A stretch of DNA of 63,017 nt, filler included, from Folioceros fuciformis (Eukaryota), in NCBI GenBank assembly GCA_049999805.1. It is 20 parts of 20 records of this genome, joined end to end, with 100 filler letters (N's around TTAATTAATTAA, not from the genome) between each part and the next. Parts side by side here need not be neighbours in the genome. Positions count along the whole stretch, not along the records: positions 1 to 1,597 come from JBNGIO010006813.1; positions 1,698 to 3,877 come from JBNGIO010006814.1; positions 3,978 to 5,418 come from JBNGIO010006815.1; positions 5,519 to 9,301 come from JBNGIO010006816.1; positions 9,402 to 12,808 come from JBNGIO010006817.1; 15 more parts are not named here. The stretch is one strand, 5' to 3'. Under the pieces are notes generated by a model. That model saw nothing but the letters and a program-made list of their open reading frames with translations. It searched no databases and was not told where the DNA came from. Both the position numbers and the translations under genes were made by a program. Shown piece after piece: positions 1-10,591 of this stretch (its first letter is position 1; each line of letters opens with the position of its first letter).

Positions 1-201
1 TACACATCACCACTGTCTTACTATGGAGGTCCGAGGTCTCCATTTAAGTAGTACATTTAGGGCTACACAACTTCCAGGTTCAATATGGGATAATCTACAC
101 TATCCTAAGTTCACTAATAACTAGAACTAGTCTAGTATGAACCCAACTGGGATAACTAACACCACATGAGTTTAGCTCATATAGAGCTCGATAACTCAAC
201 A
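1..201 (-). repeat. LTR family A, partial copy
   Basis: Near-identical to 4061-4261. Homology ends sharply at ...ataactcaaca (TGTTGAG on minus). Joined to 1442-1521 it gives a ~281-bp TG...CA element. Confidence 0.75.
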
Positions 202-525
202 ACTCATGGGAGAAGGAATCCCTGATTCGTGAATAATGGTTCCCTAAACTGCACTTCCAACGGTTAAATACTTGACAGTCTCTACTGCGCCTGTGTTGGG
301 GGGTATGTTAGTCTTCTCCCACACTAAGGTGTGAATGGTCCCCTTCTTCCACCATGGCTAAAGTGCTTCCCTATCATGTGTAATCAGATCAGCGCCGTGC
401 ATGAGAATCAACCTGTACACATTACTGCTGGTGCATTTTGAAATCCCTTGAATCATGTCTTCCAGCCCTTTGCTTGTTAGCTACTTGTCGTACTCATGTT
501 GTTGGAGTTCTTGAGGTAAATCTGC
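202..525 (-). pseudogene. Decayed exon, possibly amino (N4C/N6A) DNA methyltransferase-like
   Basis: Manual translation after a tgcag acceptor: DLPQELQQHEYDK*LTSKGLEDMIQGISKCTSSNVYRLILMHGADLITHDREAL*PWWKKGTIHTLVWEKTNIPPNTGAVETVKYLTVG. It has in-frame TAG stops and is truncated by the LTR at 201. Confidence 0.3.
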
Positions 526-628
526 ACATAAGAGAGTATATAGACGTTTTACCATAAATGCTTTCATTTGCATAATGTTTCGATGGATAACTTGATACTT
601 GGTCTTATTGTTACTATTTGGGACTCTA

Positions 629-791
629 TGAGAGATCGCAAGAGAGATGCTTGCTTAGGAAAGAAAATGTACAAACCATGTCTTATGAACGTGGTAGCGG
701 TGGACGGTTGGCCGTTAGGGGTCCTAACCGCCCGCTAGGGTTTCTAACCTAATGACATGTAACTAACTAACTAACTACATGTATACTCTCA
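629..791 (-). repeat. 3' LTR (family B, ~163 bp) of a Copia remnant
   Basis: Terminal inverted hexamer TGAGAG...CTCTCA. On minus it is directly preceded by the polypurine tract TTGAGTGGGAG (792-802), downstream of an RNase H remnant. Confidence 0.65.
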
Positions 792-1400
792 CTCCCACTC
801 AAGTCAAGGGTTAGAGAGATAGTTTAGTTTATAATTGTTTATAAGTTTCTATCGCGAACCTAAAGACCGAAGCGTTTCCTACGACAAAAGAAACTTAAGA
901 ACCTGAAACCTATACTTGGCGCTCTTCGTCTTTGACTTCAACCTTCATGCCCGCCGCCGCTCAGCCATCACGCACGCCGCTGCTCAGCCATCACGCACGC
1001 CGCCGCTCTAGCTAGTTGCTCCCCGAGCTTGAGGCTCCGCTCCAGCGAATGTTGTGCACAGATGCACGAAGCCCCCATTGCTGCAGAATGCTCATAATGC
1101 TTGACCTTGCCTAGGGCCTTCGTTAGAACATCGGCCGTCATGCTTTCAGTTGGGTAGTAGACGACTTGAACCATGCCTTGAGTGGCAACCTCTCGCACAT
1201 ACTAATGTTGCACCTCGATATGTTTCGTTCTGGCATGGAACCTGGGATTCATGGTGAGCGCTATAGCGCAAAAGAGTGTTACTGGCAGTTGCTGAGGAAA
1301 TCCGAGCTCCGCAAGAGCTCCCACTGTCCAGGCAATTTCTTTGCAAGCTTCAGTCATGCTCTTGAATTCGGCTTCAGTACTTGACAGTGCGATTGTTGTC
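629..1400 (-). mobile_element. Ty1/Copia 3' remnant (RNase H + PPT + LTR)
   Basis: Minus translation of ~1400-1075: TTIALSSTEAEFKSMTEACKEIAW...TLFCAIALTMNPRFHARTKHIEVQH*YVREV...TADVLTKAL, a Copia RNase H with a stop and a small deletion. Confidence 0.85.
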
Positions 1401-1441
1401 TACAATTTGCTACTCCAGCCTATGGCTACTCCAGCTAGAAT

Positions 1442-1597
1442 TGTAACATAACTGGACACACCGATAGGAGAGGAGAGGAGAGAAGAGAGGGTGGTATTGG
1501 TGATCACAACCATGAAAAAAATACACATCACCACTGTCTTACTATGGAGGTCCGAGGTCTCCATTTAAGTAGTACATTTAGGGCTACACAACTTCCA
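1442..1597 (-). repeat. LTR family A, partial copy
   Basis: Begins TGTAAC on plus. 1522-1597 is identical to 1-76, and 1487-1597 matches 4027 onward. Confidence 0.75.
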
Positions 1598-1697
1598 NNN
1601 NNNNNNNNNNNNNNNNNNNNNNNNNNNNNNNNNNNNNNNNNTTAATTAATTAANNNNNNNNNNNNNNNNNNNNNNNNNNNNNNNNNNNNNNNNNNNN
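1598..1697. other. Artificial contig spacer (first of 19)
   Basis: N44+TTAATTAATTAA+N44 (stops in all six frames). The same spacer starts at 3878, 5419, 9302, 12809, 15632, 18283, 19461, 20956, 23851, 25623, 31057, 40348, 43687, 45865, 48751, 51334, 59685 and 61665. Confidence 0.98.
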
Positions 1698-3877
1698 TCC
1701 TTCATCTTATACACCCATTTGCATGGCAACGCCTTCTTGCCCTTGGGCAACCGAACCAACTCCCAAGTTTGGTTCTTGTGGAGTGAATCCATCTGCGACT
1801 GCATCGCTTCCTCCCACTTGTCCTTGCCAGTCACTGACATGGCCTCTTGGTAACAAGAGGGCTCCCCACAATCCGTCAGCATGACATAATCAAGGGATGC
1901 AACATACCTGTCAGGAGGACGTGAGATCCTTCCTGACCTACGAAGCAATGGCTCCTCGACCGGAGCTGGTTGCACTCTCTCCTCTTGTACAAGTGGAGGA
2001 ACTTGTTCCTGCAGATCACGACGTTCAACCTGCGCAGGACGGTCAAATCCATCTTCTTGAAACACCACCCGTCGCACCTCCACAGTTGGAGTAGGCTTCT
2101 TGTGCATCTTGGTCTCATTGAAGAACACGTCATTACTGCGAACCATTCTCTCGGCCTTTGGATCCCACAGACGGTATCCCATCTCACCAGATTCACCATA
2201 GCCAAGAAAAATACATTTCTTGGACTTGGGTGCCAACTTGTCCCGAAACTCCTTAGGAACATGGTAGTATGCCTCGCAGCCAAACACTCGTAGATGCTTG
2301 TATGACGGCTTCTTTCCATACCACATCTCCTCCGGAACCTGCTCATCCACAGCCCTATTAGGAGATCTGTTAATAAGATGCACCGTAGTAGCCATTGCTT
2401 CGGCCCAAAATCCGTTAGGCAATCCGGAGTTTGACAATAAACTATGCATCCGCTCCTGGATGGTCCTATTCGACCGTCTTGCTCCGAAGAGAGCCCCTTG
2501 GTAAGAACATCTGCAGGGTTTTTGACTGGTGTGAACTTTGACAAGTTGTACCCTCTTGTCTTCCAACACCTCTCGAATGAAGTGATACTTCACTTCCACA
2601 TGTTTGGTCTTCGCATGAAACACTGGATTCTTTGCCAATTGAATAGCACTTTGGCTATCACAATGCAACACTGGCAGGTCAACCTTGATCCCTAAATCGC
2701 CCACTAGACGAGCAAGCCATATGGCTTCCTTGCATGCCTCAGTTGCTGCAACATGCTCGGCCTCTGTGGTAGATAGCGTTATGCATGATTGCAAACGAGA
2801 TCGCCATGAGACTGCCCCTCCTGTGCACATGAAGACGTAACCTGATGTGGACCTCCTTTTGTCCATATCCCCTGCATAATCAGCATCCGTATATCCCACG
2901 ACAGATGCATCTTCACTACCAAAACATAAGCACAAAGCTTTCGTACCATTCAAGTGCCTCATAACTCCTTTCACTGCCTCCCAATGCTTCCTGCCAGGGT
3001 TTGACATAAACCTGCTAACCACTCCCACTGCAAAGGCAATGTCAGGACGTGTGGCAATCATTGCATACATCAAACTCCCTGCAGCTGATGAGTATGGAAC
3101 GTTCTCCATTTCAACTTTGTCCTCCGCAGAGCTTGGGCAATCCTTGCTCGACAGTTTCACATATGGAGGCAACGGAGTACTTAATACCTTCCCCTTCTCC
3201 ATATTGAAACGTTGAAGCACCTTGTTAATGGATTCAGTCTGAGACAAGTACAACAAACGCTTCTGTCTGTCTCGACGAATACGCATGCCAAGAATATGGC
3301 TTGCCTCTCCCAAGTCTGTCATGTCAAAGCGACCATTCAACTTTGACTTCAACGTTGAAATCTCATCACTGTTAGTCCCAGCAATTAGCATATCATCCAC
3401 GTAGAGGACCATAATGAGCAAGCTTCCATCCTTAGCTTGCTTTGTATAGAGGCGATGATCCTCATCGCTGCGCTTGTAGCCTTGAGAAAGCATAAATGAG
3501 TGGAACTTGAAATACCACTCCCTGGGTGCCTGCTTCAAACCATAAAGGCTTTTCTTTAACCTGCACACTAGATTCTCTTTGCCCTTCTCAATGAAACCCT
3601 CTGGTTGCTGCATGTATACCTCTTCCTGGAGATCACCATGCAAAAATGCCGACTTCACATCCATCTGGACAAGTTCCATGTCGAGCCTCGCAACCAGACC
3701 AAGAACACATCGCAAGGTGGTCATTTTGACAACCGGTGAGAAAATTTCATCAAAGTCAATACCTTGCTGTTGCTTAAAACCCTTCGCAACCAATCATGCC
3801 TTGTACTTAGGTTTGCCATAATGGGGTATGTCCTTCATCTTATACACCCATTTGCATGGCAACGCCTTCTTGCCCTT
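1698..3877 (-). mobile_element. Ty1/Copia pol fragment (RT, RNase H, integrase C-terminal half), circularly permuted and decayed
   Basis: Motifs QMDVKSAFLHG, LYGLKQAPREW, YVDD, YTDADYAGD, KTKHVEVKYHFIRE, then NRTIQERM, FWAEA, LRVFGC, KCIFLGY. In-frame TGA at ~3795 and a frameshift near 2525. The contig has a 47-nt terminal direct repeat. Confidence 0.95.
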
Positions 3878-4026
3878 NNNNNNNNNNNNNNNNNNNNNNN
3901 NNNNNNNNNNNNNNNNNNNNNTTAATTAATTAANNNNNNNNNNNNNNNNNNNNNNNNNNNNNNNNNNNNNNNNNNNNATATGCTAATTGCTGGGACTAAC
4001 AGTTATGAGATTTCAGCGTTGAAAAC

Positions 4027-4261
4027 AGGGTGGTATTGGTGATCACAACCATGAAAACAATACACATCACCACTGTCTTACTATGGAGGTCCGAGGTCTC
4101 CATTTAAGTAGTACATTTAGGGCTACACAACTTCCAGGTTCAATATGGGATAATCTACACTATCCTAAGTTCACTAATAACTAGAACTAGTCTAGTATGA
4201 ACCCAAATGGGATAACTAACACCACATGAGTTTAGCTCATATAGAGCTCGATAACTCAACA
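4027..4261 (-). repeat. LTR family A, truncated copy fused to an RT fragment
   Basis: Matches 1487-1597 and 1-201. Confidence 0.75.
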
Positions 4262-4264
4262 GCT

Positions 4265-4703
4265 TGCCCCTAGCTCTTGATTGTAAAGGATGTGTCTTTC
4301 TCTCGACCTGTCCACTCTTGTTCCCTGTTTGGACAAGTGCTGTAGGCCGGCCATGTTTCATGGCGTCTGGTAAGGTTGTAGGGGGGAGATATCCAAGAGG
4401 GGAGTGTGTTCCCTTCTTTCTTTTCTTTGGGGTTAGTCTAATGACTCTTGCCGGGTAGGAGGAGTCAGTAGGGAAGTGTAGAAGGTAGTGGTGTCATTGT
4501 TAGTTGCTGGTGTTGGTGCTGGAGTGAGAGAGTGAAGTGAAGTGAGTGAGGGAAGTCGCAGATCTACGAGGTTAGAGTCGTTGTAGTGACTGGAGTGAGT
4601 TTGTGGGCACCAAGAGAGGTGCAGCTGACCGCCGGACAGCGAGGCCTGTCCTACGCCTGATCGGAGCTGGAGGGGAGCACTCGAATCCATCATCGAGTCG
4701 ATC
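4265..4703. repeat. Dispersed repeat (probable LTR/UTR of another retroelement)
   Basis: Diverged homolog at ~62620-63017. Shared blocks include tagggaagtgtagaaggtagtggtg, gggcaccaagagaggtgca and tcatcgagtcgat. Confidence 0.75.
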
Positions 4704-4854
4704 AAGTCCGACCCTCCATCCACAGCAGCAAGGAACCCCATCGCTCCTTCGTGGAAACGAAACCCAATGTCTCAACGACAATGGGATAAGTGTGGCCACT
4801 AAAGGTGGAACCCGTTGGCAATCAGTGCCCAGGGTTTTGCCTCCACACTCCATT

Positions 4855-5418
4855 AGAACCAAACTTGGGAGTTGGTTTGGTTGCCGAGGGGCAAGAAGGT
4901 GTTGCCATGCAAATGAGTGTATAAGATGAAGGACAATACTCCATTATGGCAAACCCAAGTACAAGGCACGGTTGGTTGCTAAGGGTTTTAAGCAATAGCA
5001 AGGTATTGGCTTTGATGAGATTTTCTCACCAGTTGTCAAAATGACCACCTTGCGATGTGCCCTTGATTTGGTTGCGAGGAACGACATGGAACTTCTCCAA
5101 ATGGATGCGAAGTCGCCATTTCTGCATGGTGATCTCCAGGAAGAGGTATACATGCCGCAACCAAAGGGTTTCATTGAGAAGGGCAAAGAGCATCTGATGT
5201 GCAGGTTAAAGAAGAGCCTTTATGGTTTGAAACAGGCACCCAGGGAGTGGTATTACAAGTTCCACTCATTTATGCTTTCTCCAGGCTACAAATATAGCGA
5301 TGAGGATCATTGCCTCTATACAAAGCAAGCTAAGGATGGAAGCTTGCTCATTTTGGTCCTCTATGTGGATGATATGCTAATTGCTGGGACTAACAGTTAT
5401 GAGATTTCAGCGTTGAAA
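4855..5418 (+). mobile_element. Ty1/Copia reverse transcriptase fragment (pseudogene), same family as 1698-3877
   Basis: NQTWELV...LYGLKQAPREW...LYVDDMLIAG, with stops and a frameshift. Closely similar to the RT in contig 2. Confidence 0.92.
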
Positions 5419-6072
5419 NNNNNNNNNNNNNNNNNNNNNNNNNNNNNNNNNNNNNNNNNNNNTTAATTAATTAANNNNNNNNNNNNNNNNNNNNNNNNNN
5501 NNNNNNNNNNNNNNNNNNCTCCTAGCTACTAGCGCTTCCCCCCCTCGATTCACTAATCGGTCCAAATTCCGGGAGTGGCAAGCAGCCGGCAATCGGATCT
5601 CTCCCTCCTGCCGCGCCTCCACTCGTCCAGTCGGCGCTCAACTGCACCCACCTCCAGCCAGGTGAGTTGAGATAGTGCGTGCGTGCCGCTCCAGCTCCAG
5701 CTCCTGCTCCTGCCCCAGTTTCCAGGACGTGGCTTGTTGCCTCTTGCCTTCTGCTGTGCATGTCCGTGCCAGATCGCCCCTGTTTTTTCCCCGCTTTAGC
5801 TCAGCGCCTGCGTCCGCCGCTCCTACTTTGTTAATTGGCAGCAGCTGGCCACGCCACTCCCGCCTCTCGCGCTCCCGCTTCTTCCTGCTGGAAGGGAAGC
5901 GAGGAAACGGAAGCTTGGAATTCATCACTTCGGGCCTCACGTCTCTCCTCCCTTTCCCTCGTTGGCTTTTGTCTCCTGCAGATTGCTTCGCGCCAGCCGC
6001 GCCTCTCCTTCCCTTCTCCCTTCCGCTCCGGCGCTCTGCGCACAGTGGTCGGCTTGAGCGCCGCCTTCTGCG

Positions 6073-7134
6073 ATGGCTGCTATTTGGAAGACCAAGGTGC
6101 TGCCCAAGATTAAGAAGATCTTTTCCAGCGACAAGAAAAAGGCTCTCCTCCAGACCAAGCTCTTCGAGAAGGAGAAGGTATGGATCGCACCCTTCTCCAC
6201 GCCATCCCATGCTGCTCCGGAACTCAGTTCTCTGACTGTTGGGATTCTTCATTTTTTTCTTCTGTCGCGTGTTTTTCCCCTCGTTCTCTGTTCGTCGCCT
6301 CATGCCACCGCCTGCAGGGAGCTATCGACGCCGGGGTCGAAGAGAAGAAGTCGGAGCTTCAGCCCAAGCTCCTGGAGCTCTTTGAGGCGGCTGACCCCGA
6401 GACCAAGGTAATGGTTTAATCCCTCAACTTTGCGACTACCTCTACACTCACTCCTCCTCCTCTGCCCATTCACTTCGTAGAGCTCATTTGTCTCGCCTGG
6501 GATGGGATGCGTGGTTCCATCTACAGGCGCTGCTGCAGTCCCCAAATGAAGCCGCCGTGAAGGAGAAGACTGAGGCAACAGCTAAGCTCCTTAAGGATCT
6601 CGCAGAGAAAGGTATTTTTTTTGTCATCCCTGACCGCCTGCGCCTGCGTCCTAGGATTGCCTTCAACTTGCCTTCCTATTTCACATGTATATGGTTGGTG
6701 CCACAGGATTCCCTGGAGCCCAGCTTCTTAGCGATGCGGTGGCCAAGGTGGGCGTAGCGTCTGTGGCCGGGCCGATCACTTGGCTGTTGCAAAAGGTGAG
6801 CACGTTCCTGCCTCCGGCGCCCACCCCTCCTCCCGAGGCCGCCAAGGAGATTGAGGTGCCTGCCTCCACCGAAAAGCCCGAGGAGGTGGCTGCCGTCACT
6901 GCTGCCACTCAGGAGGTCATTGCGAGCACCACAGCAGCAGAGGCTGTCCCTGAAGCTCCCAAGGCCCCAGAGCCTGTGGCCGCTACCCCTGACGCGACAC
7001 CGGCACCAGCTCCGGCATCGGAAGTACCCGCCGTCCCATCTCCAGCCCCGGCTCCGGCGCCGGCCCCGACGCCAGCAGATCCTACCCCAGCTCCTACTCC
7101 GGCAGCCGCCGCACCGCCGGCCCCGGCTCCTTGA
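6073..7134 (+). CDS. PCaP1: DREPP / plasma-membrane cation-binding protein (PCaP1-like) with Pro/Ala/Glu-rich tail
   Basis: Exons 6073-6177, 6318-6407, 6527-6611, 6707-7134 (GT-AG) join in frame: WKTKVLPKIKKIF...EEKKSELQPKLLE...GFPGAQ...VAGPITWLLQKVSTFLP. There is a probable 5'UTR intron at ~5662-5981. Confidence 0.88.
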
Positions 7135-8350
7135 TCTTGCGAACTCGCCGTCTCCGCCATCAGCCGGCCCTCACGAGCGCCCAATCTGTGAGGAAGAGAA
7201 CATGGAGGAGAAGGAAGTACGCCTTGCTTGACATCGCAGCATGGATGCATGGATGGAAGGATATGTGTAAGGGAATTCATAGACCACGAGTACCCGCCTC
7301 CCCGGTGGAGGTCCTGGGGAGGGGTTTTGTGGTTGCGAAGTCATAGTCTTGATGAATGACCTTGTCGCTTGCTTGCTGCTGCTGCTGCTCCTGCATGGCT
7401 CAGCTGAGATCTAAGAACTCATCCGTATCCCAGCTGCCTGTAACTGTATGTCGTCTGCGTCACCGTCGTCTGCTGCCTGTTAGCACTGCTTAGCCTCGCC
7501 CTGCTGCTCTCGTTTGTGTTTACGTAGTAATCGTGTGCTGTGTCTGTGTGTCCCGTGCTTACATGGCATTCTAGCCTTAGCCCGATGAATGTGCATAAGA
7601 CCAAGGATTACCGAGGCCAGCAGAGCAGGCAGCCTTGCCTGGCTTACCAAATGTTAGAATTCATAAGGGGTGTGGAGCTAGCTAGACTCGTACCTCGCGT
7701 ACTACTATAGTGAATATGATTCTTGGGCGTCTTCAGATGCCGTAGGACCCGTATTTTTTCTCTGTTCGCAAAGCTAGACCATTTTTTCTCAGTTCGCTCA
7801 CCTAGACCATTTTTTCTCATAACAAGCATTGGATGCCCCACAGCTGCCATGGCTGCTCATGAGGCGCTTCACGCCTGTTGGGGCTGCTCAAGGAACGGTC
7901 TGTCGGTTTCGTGGACCCGCCCTGACTCCTTAGCTTCCTTGCTGACCTAATTACTGTTACCTCTTTCCCTTTAAGAAGGCTGGCATGCTGGTACAATTTG
8001 TTTTCTCGCCTCCCTCGAGCATGGCCTCTGCCCCTGGTTTCTGACCTGTGTCTGGTACTCCATCTGAGCGACAGAACACTCGTACCCTGTCGGTTTACCA
8101 TAAATCGGAAGTCATTGCAAGCGCGAGCTCTAAGCCCAACCCGACCTCAGACCCCTGGTTCGACTGAACCTGACTGGAAGCCCTCCCCGATGATGGAAGG
8201 TACTTCTTCTAGCTTCCACAATATGGTTGCTCTGTCCCCGTATCAACAAGCTGGCCTTCTCAGCAGAGGGACTAGACTTGTCCAGCAAGTACAACGAGGG
8301 GTTGCATCTGTACAGTAGCTTAACCAGCCAGATCCTGCGGAGCTGTGAGA

Positions 8351-9301
8351 ATGTCGGCGCCGCCTGTGGGAGATGGATTAGGGTTGTCGGCCATGGGGTC
8401 CGCCAGGACTCGGCACAGCATAACGGGGAGCTTGCTTGGGGGCACAAGGGACCGCCCGCCGTCTGCTCAAAGTACCACCCGTCCTACTTCTTCTCGAAGC
8501 AATTGCAGCATGAGGCCCAGCACCCCCGGAGGAAGCCTTGCACTGCATCCGGAGGTCAAGGTACAAAGCAGGCCGTTAACTCAGCAAGGCATGGCGAGTA
8601 TTGGCCCCGCGGTGCAAGGTCCTGGTAGACAGATCATGGACAAGTCCTATTATTTGGCCAAATTGAGGAGCAAGAAGCAAGAGCTTCAATCAGAGATCGA
8701 TCTCATGACAGACGAAATCGACCGTTTTCAAAAACGCGCCCCTGGATTCGCTCAGCTGCAACAGAGGCAAGATGTTTTGCATCGGGAAGTGAAGGCATTG
8801 AAGGCTCAAATTCGTGACTACAATATGGCATTGGAGAAGGTAGAATCAGGAATGGAGCTCGGTGACATAGAGGATGCAGCTAGAGCTTTGCAAGCAAGCA
8901 ATGATCTAAGGAGAGGAAAGGTAGAGCAGCTGTTTGCCACAAGGACTTCCGAGGAAGAGGAGGCAAGACGTGTCACAGAGAAAGTTAAACTGCTGGAGGC
9001 AGAGCTCCAAGGACGATTCAGCCGAGAGTCCCTCGAAACAAGACAATATCTCATGGACATGGAAACCGAGAAATCAAAACTGGCAACTGAAGTTGAACAA
9101 CTCGAGGCCGAACTCAAGGAATTGAATACTTCTCTTGAAAAACAAGCTACCAGATGTCCATCGATGAATCCAGACGTAGCCCCGCCGAGTATCCAGGTAG
9201 ATGCTAGGGAAGCTTTGTTGAACAAGATCCGACAACAGAACGCAGAAATCGCAGAAGTCGAGGATCACTGCAAATTGGTGGATGTAGAGATCAAGATGCT
9301 T
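8351..9301 (+). CDS. IFT74: Intraflagellar transport protein 74, 3'-truncated by contig end
   Basis: VKVQSRPLTQQGM...GPGRQIMDKSYYLAKLRSKKQELQSEI is the IFT74 signature, followed by a long coiled coil. Confidence 0.85.
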
Positions 9302-9401
9302 NNNNNNNNNNNNNNNNNNNNNNNNNNNNNNNNNNNNNNNNNNNNTTAATTAATTAANNNNNNNNNNNNNNNNNNNNNNNNNNNNNNNNNNNNNNNNNNN
9401 N

Positions 9402-10148
9402 TCCCAAGCTTATCACACTACTTCAGGTGAGTAGTGCCTCATCCTAAACCGAGAGAACGCAATGTCCCTTTTCCTGAGTTCCCGAGTTGCTGGTTCCACT
9501 GACACTGCCGAACCCGAAACAATGCAGGAAAAAATGGGGCAGGCATCAGGTTGAGTGTACAGCGGCCGCTGGAGTTGCAGTATAACTTGTGGAAATGACG
9601 GACAGGTTGTCCTGTATTGGTCTGGTGGAATGTGATTATTGGTCAGGTGCAATTCAAAGCTGACATTCTGAGAAGCAAGGCGTGTAGCATATCTGATTCG
9701 TCGTTTCCCGTTGTAACTGTTTGATAATTATCATTCATGTCAGCATAGAGAAAGGAACGTGCATCGTGTATTCAAGTTCTCGTAGCTTGGCTGCTTGCTA
9801 TCCATCCTTTCCTTTCAGGTAGACGATGACAAAGACTGTCATAGTAATAGCCAAAGCTTGTACAAACTGATACTCGCCGTGAAAAATCCTACATCGGGAG
9901 CTTACTACCTCGCCGCCGTGCACGTGCCCGTACCTTCGTCTGCCTTTCCTTGCTTCGTCCTGGAGCTGACGACTTGTGTGCCGCAGCGAGAAGCAAAGGA
10001 ATATACTTATTTGGACGAAGGCAAGGGCGAAGCTTCCTCTTCCCTCGTTCCCCGTTTCAGACAAGAACTGTTCCAGACAGTGGGCGTCTTTTACGAATCC
10101 AGGTCCAGGGATGCCGTCCCCCCTTGCCAGTGTAGGCTCCACAGATGA
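9402..10148 (+). CDS. Possible 3' exons of an unidentified gene
   Basis: Several splice-like sites (cag|gtgag ~9426, tttcag| ~9818, cgcag| ~9986) frame short open segments. No family recognised. Confidence 0.25.
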
Positions 10149-10591
10149 CCTAAACGTTTGTCGTCTGTGGTCTGATGGAAAGACCAAGTGGGTGACGAAA
10201 TCAATCAAATGGAACATGAGACTTAAGAATAGTGGCGAACCATTTACAGCTTGCGGCCACAGTCATGAAATAATAGCTTTGCCCTAGGATGGAGCGTATG
10301 ATCTAAGATGTATGTACAGAGAAAAACGAGGGGATACAGACGGGTACCCGTAGCGTTCGCACCTGATGGAGGAAAGGTTGGCTAAGCCACCTCGGATCCC
10401 ACCCAAGGTCATGTCAGTGTAAGTGAGCGATGCTGCCCCTTCCGCTGTGCCTCACTTCACTTTTGACATGACAAAGAAACCACCATCTATTGCTTAGAGT
10501 TCACATATTGTAGTCATTCAGCAGGGAACAGAGACAAGGGATCCTCTGGACGGTTCAGGTTCAGGTCGAAGGATGTGGATCCTACGTCACC

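Noticed and set aside
1646..3793. Novel Copia lineage with Gypsy domain order
   Set aside because: The integrase lacks its N-terminal half and the contig is terminally redundant. Circular permutation explains the order.
1200..5000. In-frame TAG/TGA stops as U-to-C RNA editing sites
   Set aside because: These are nuclear TE relics that also carry frameshifts. C-to-T decay of methylated DNA is sufficient.
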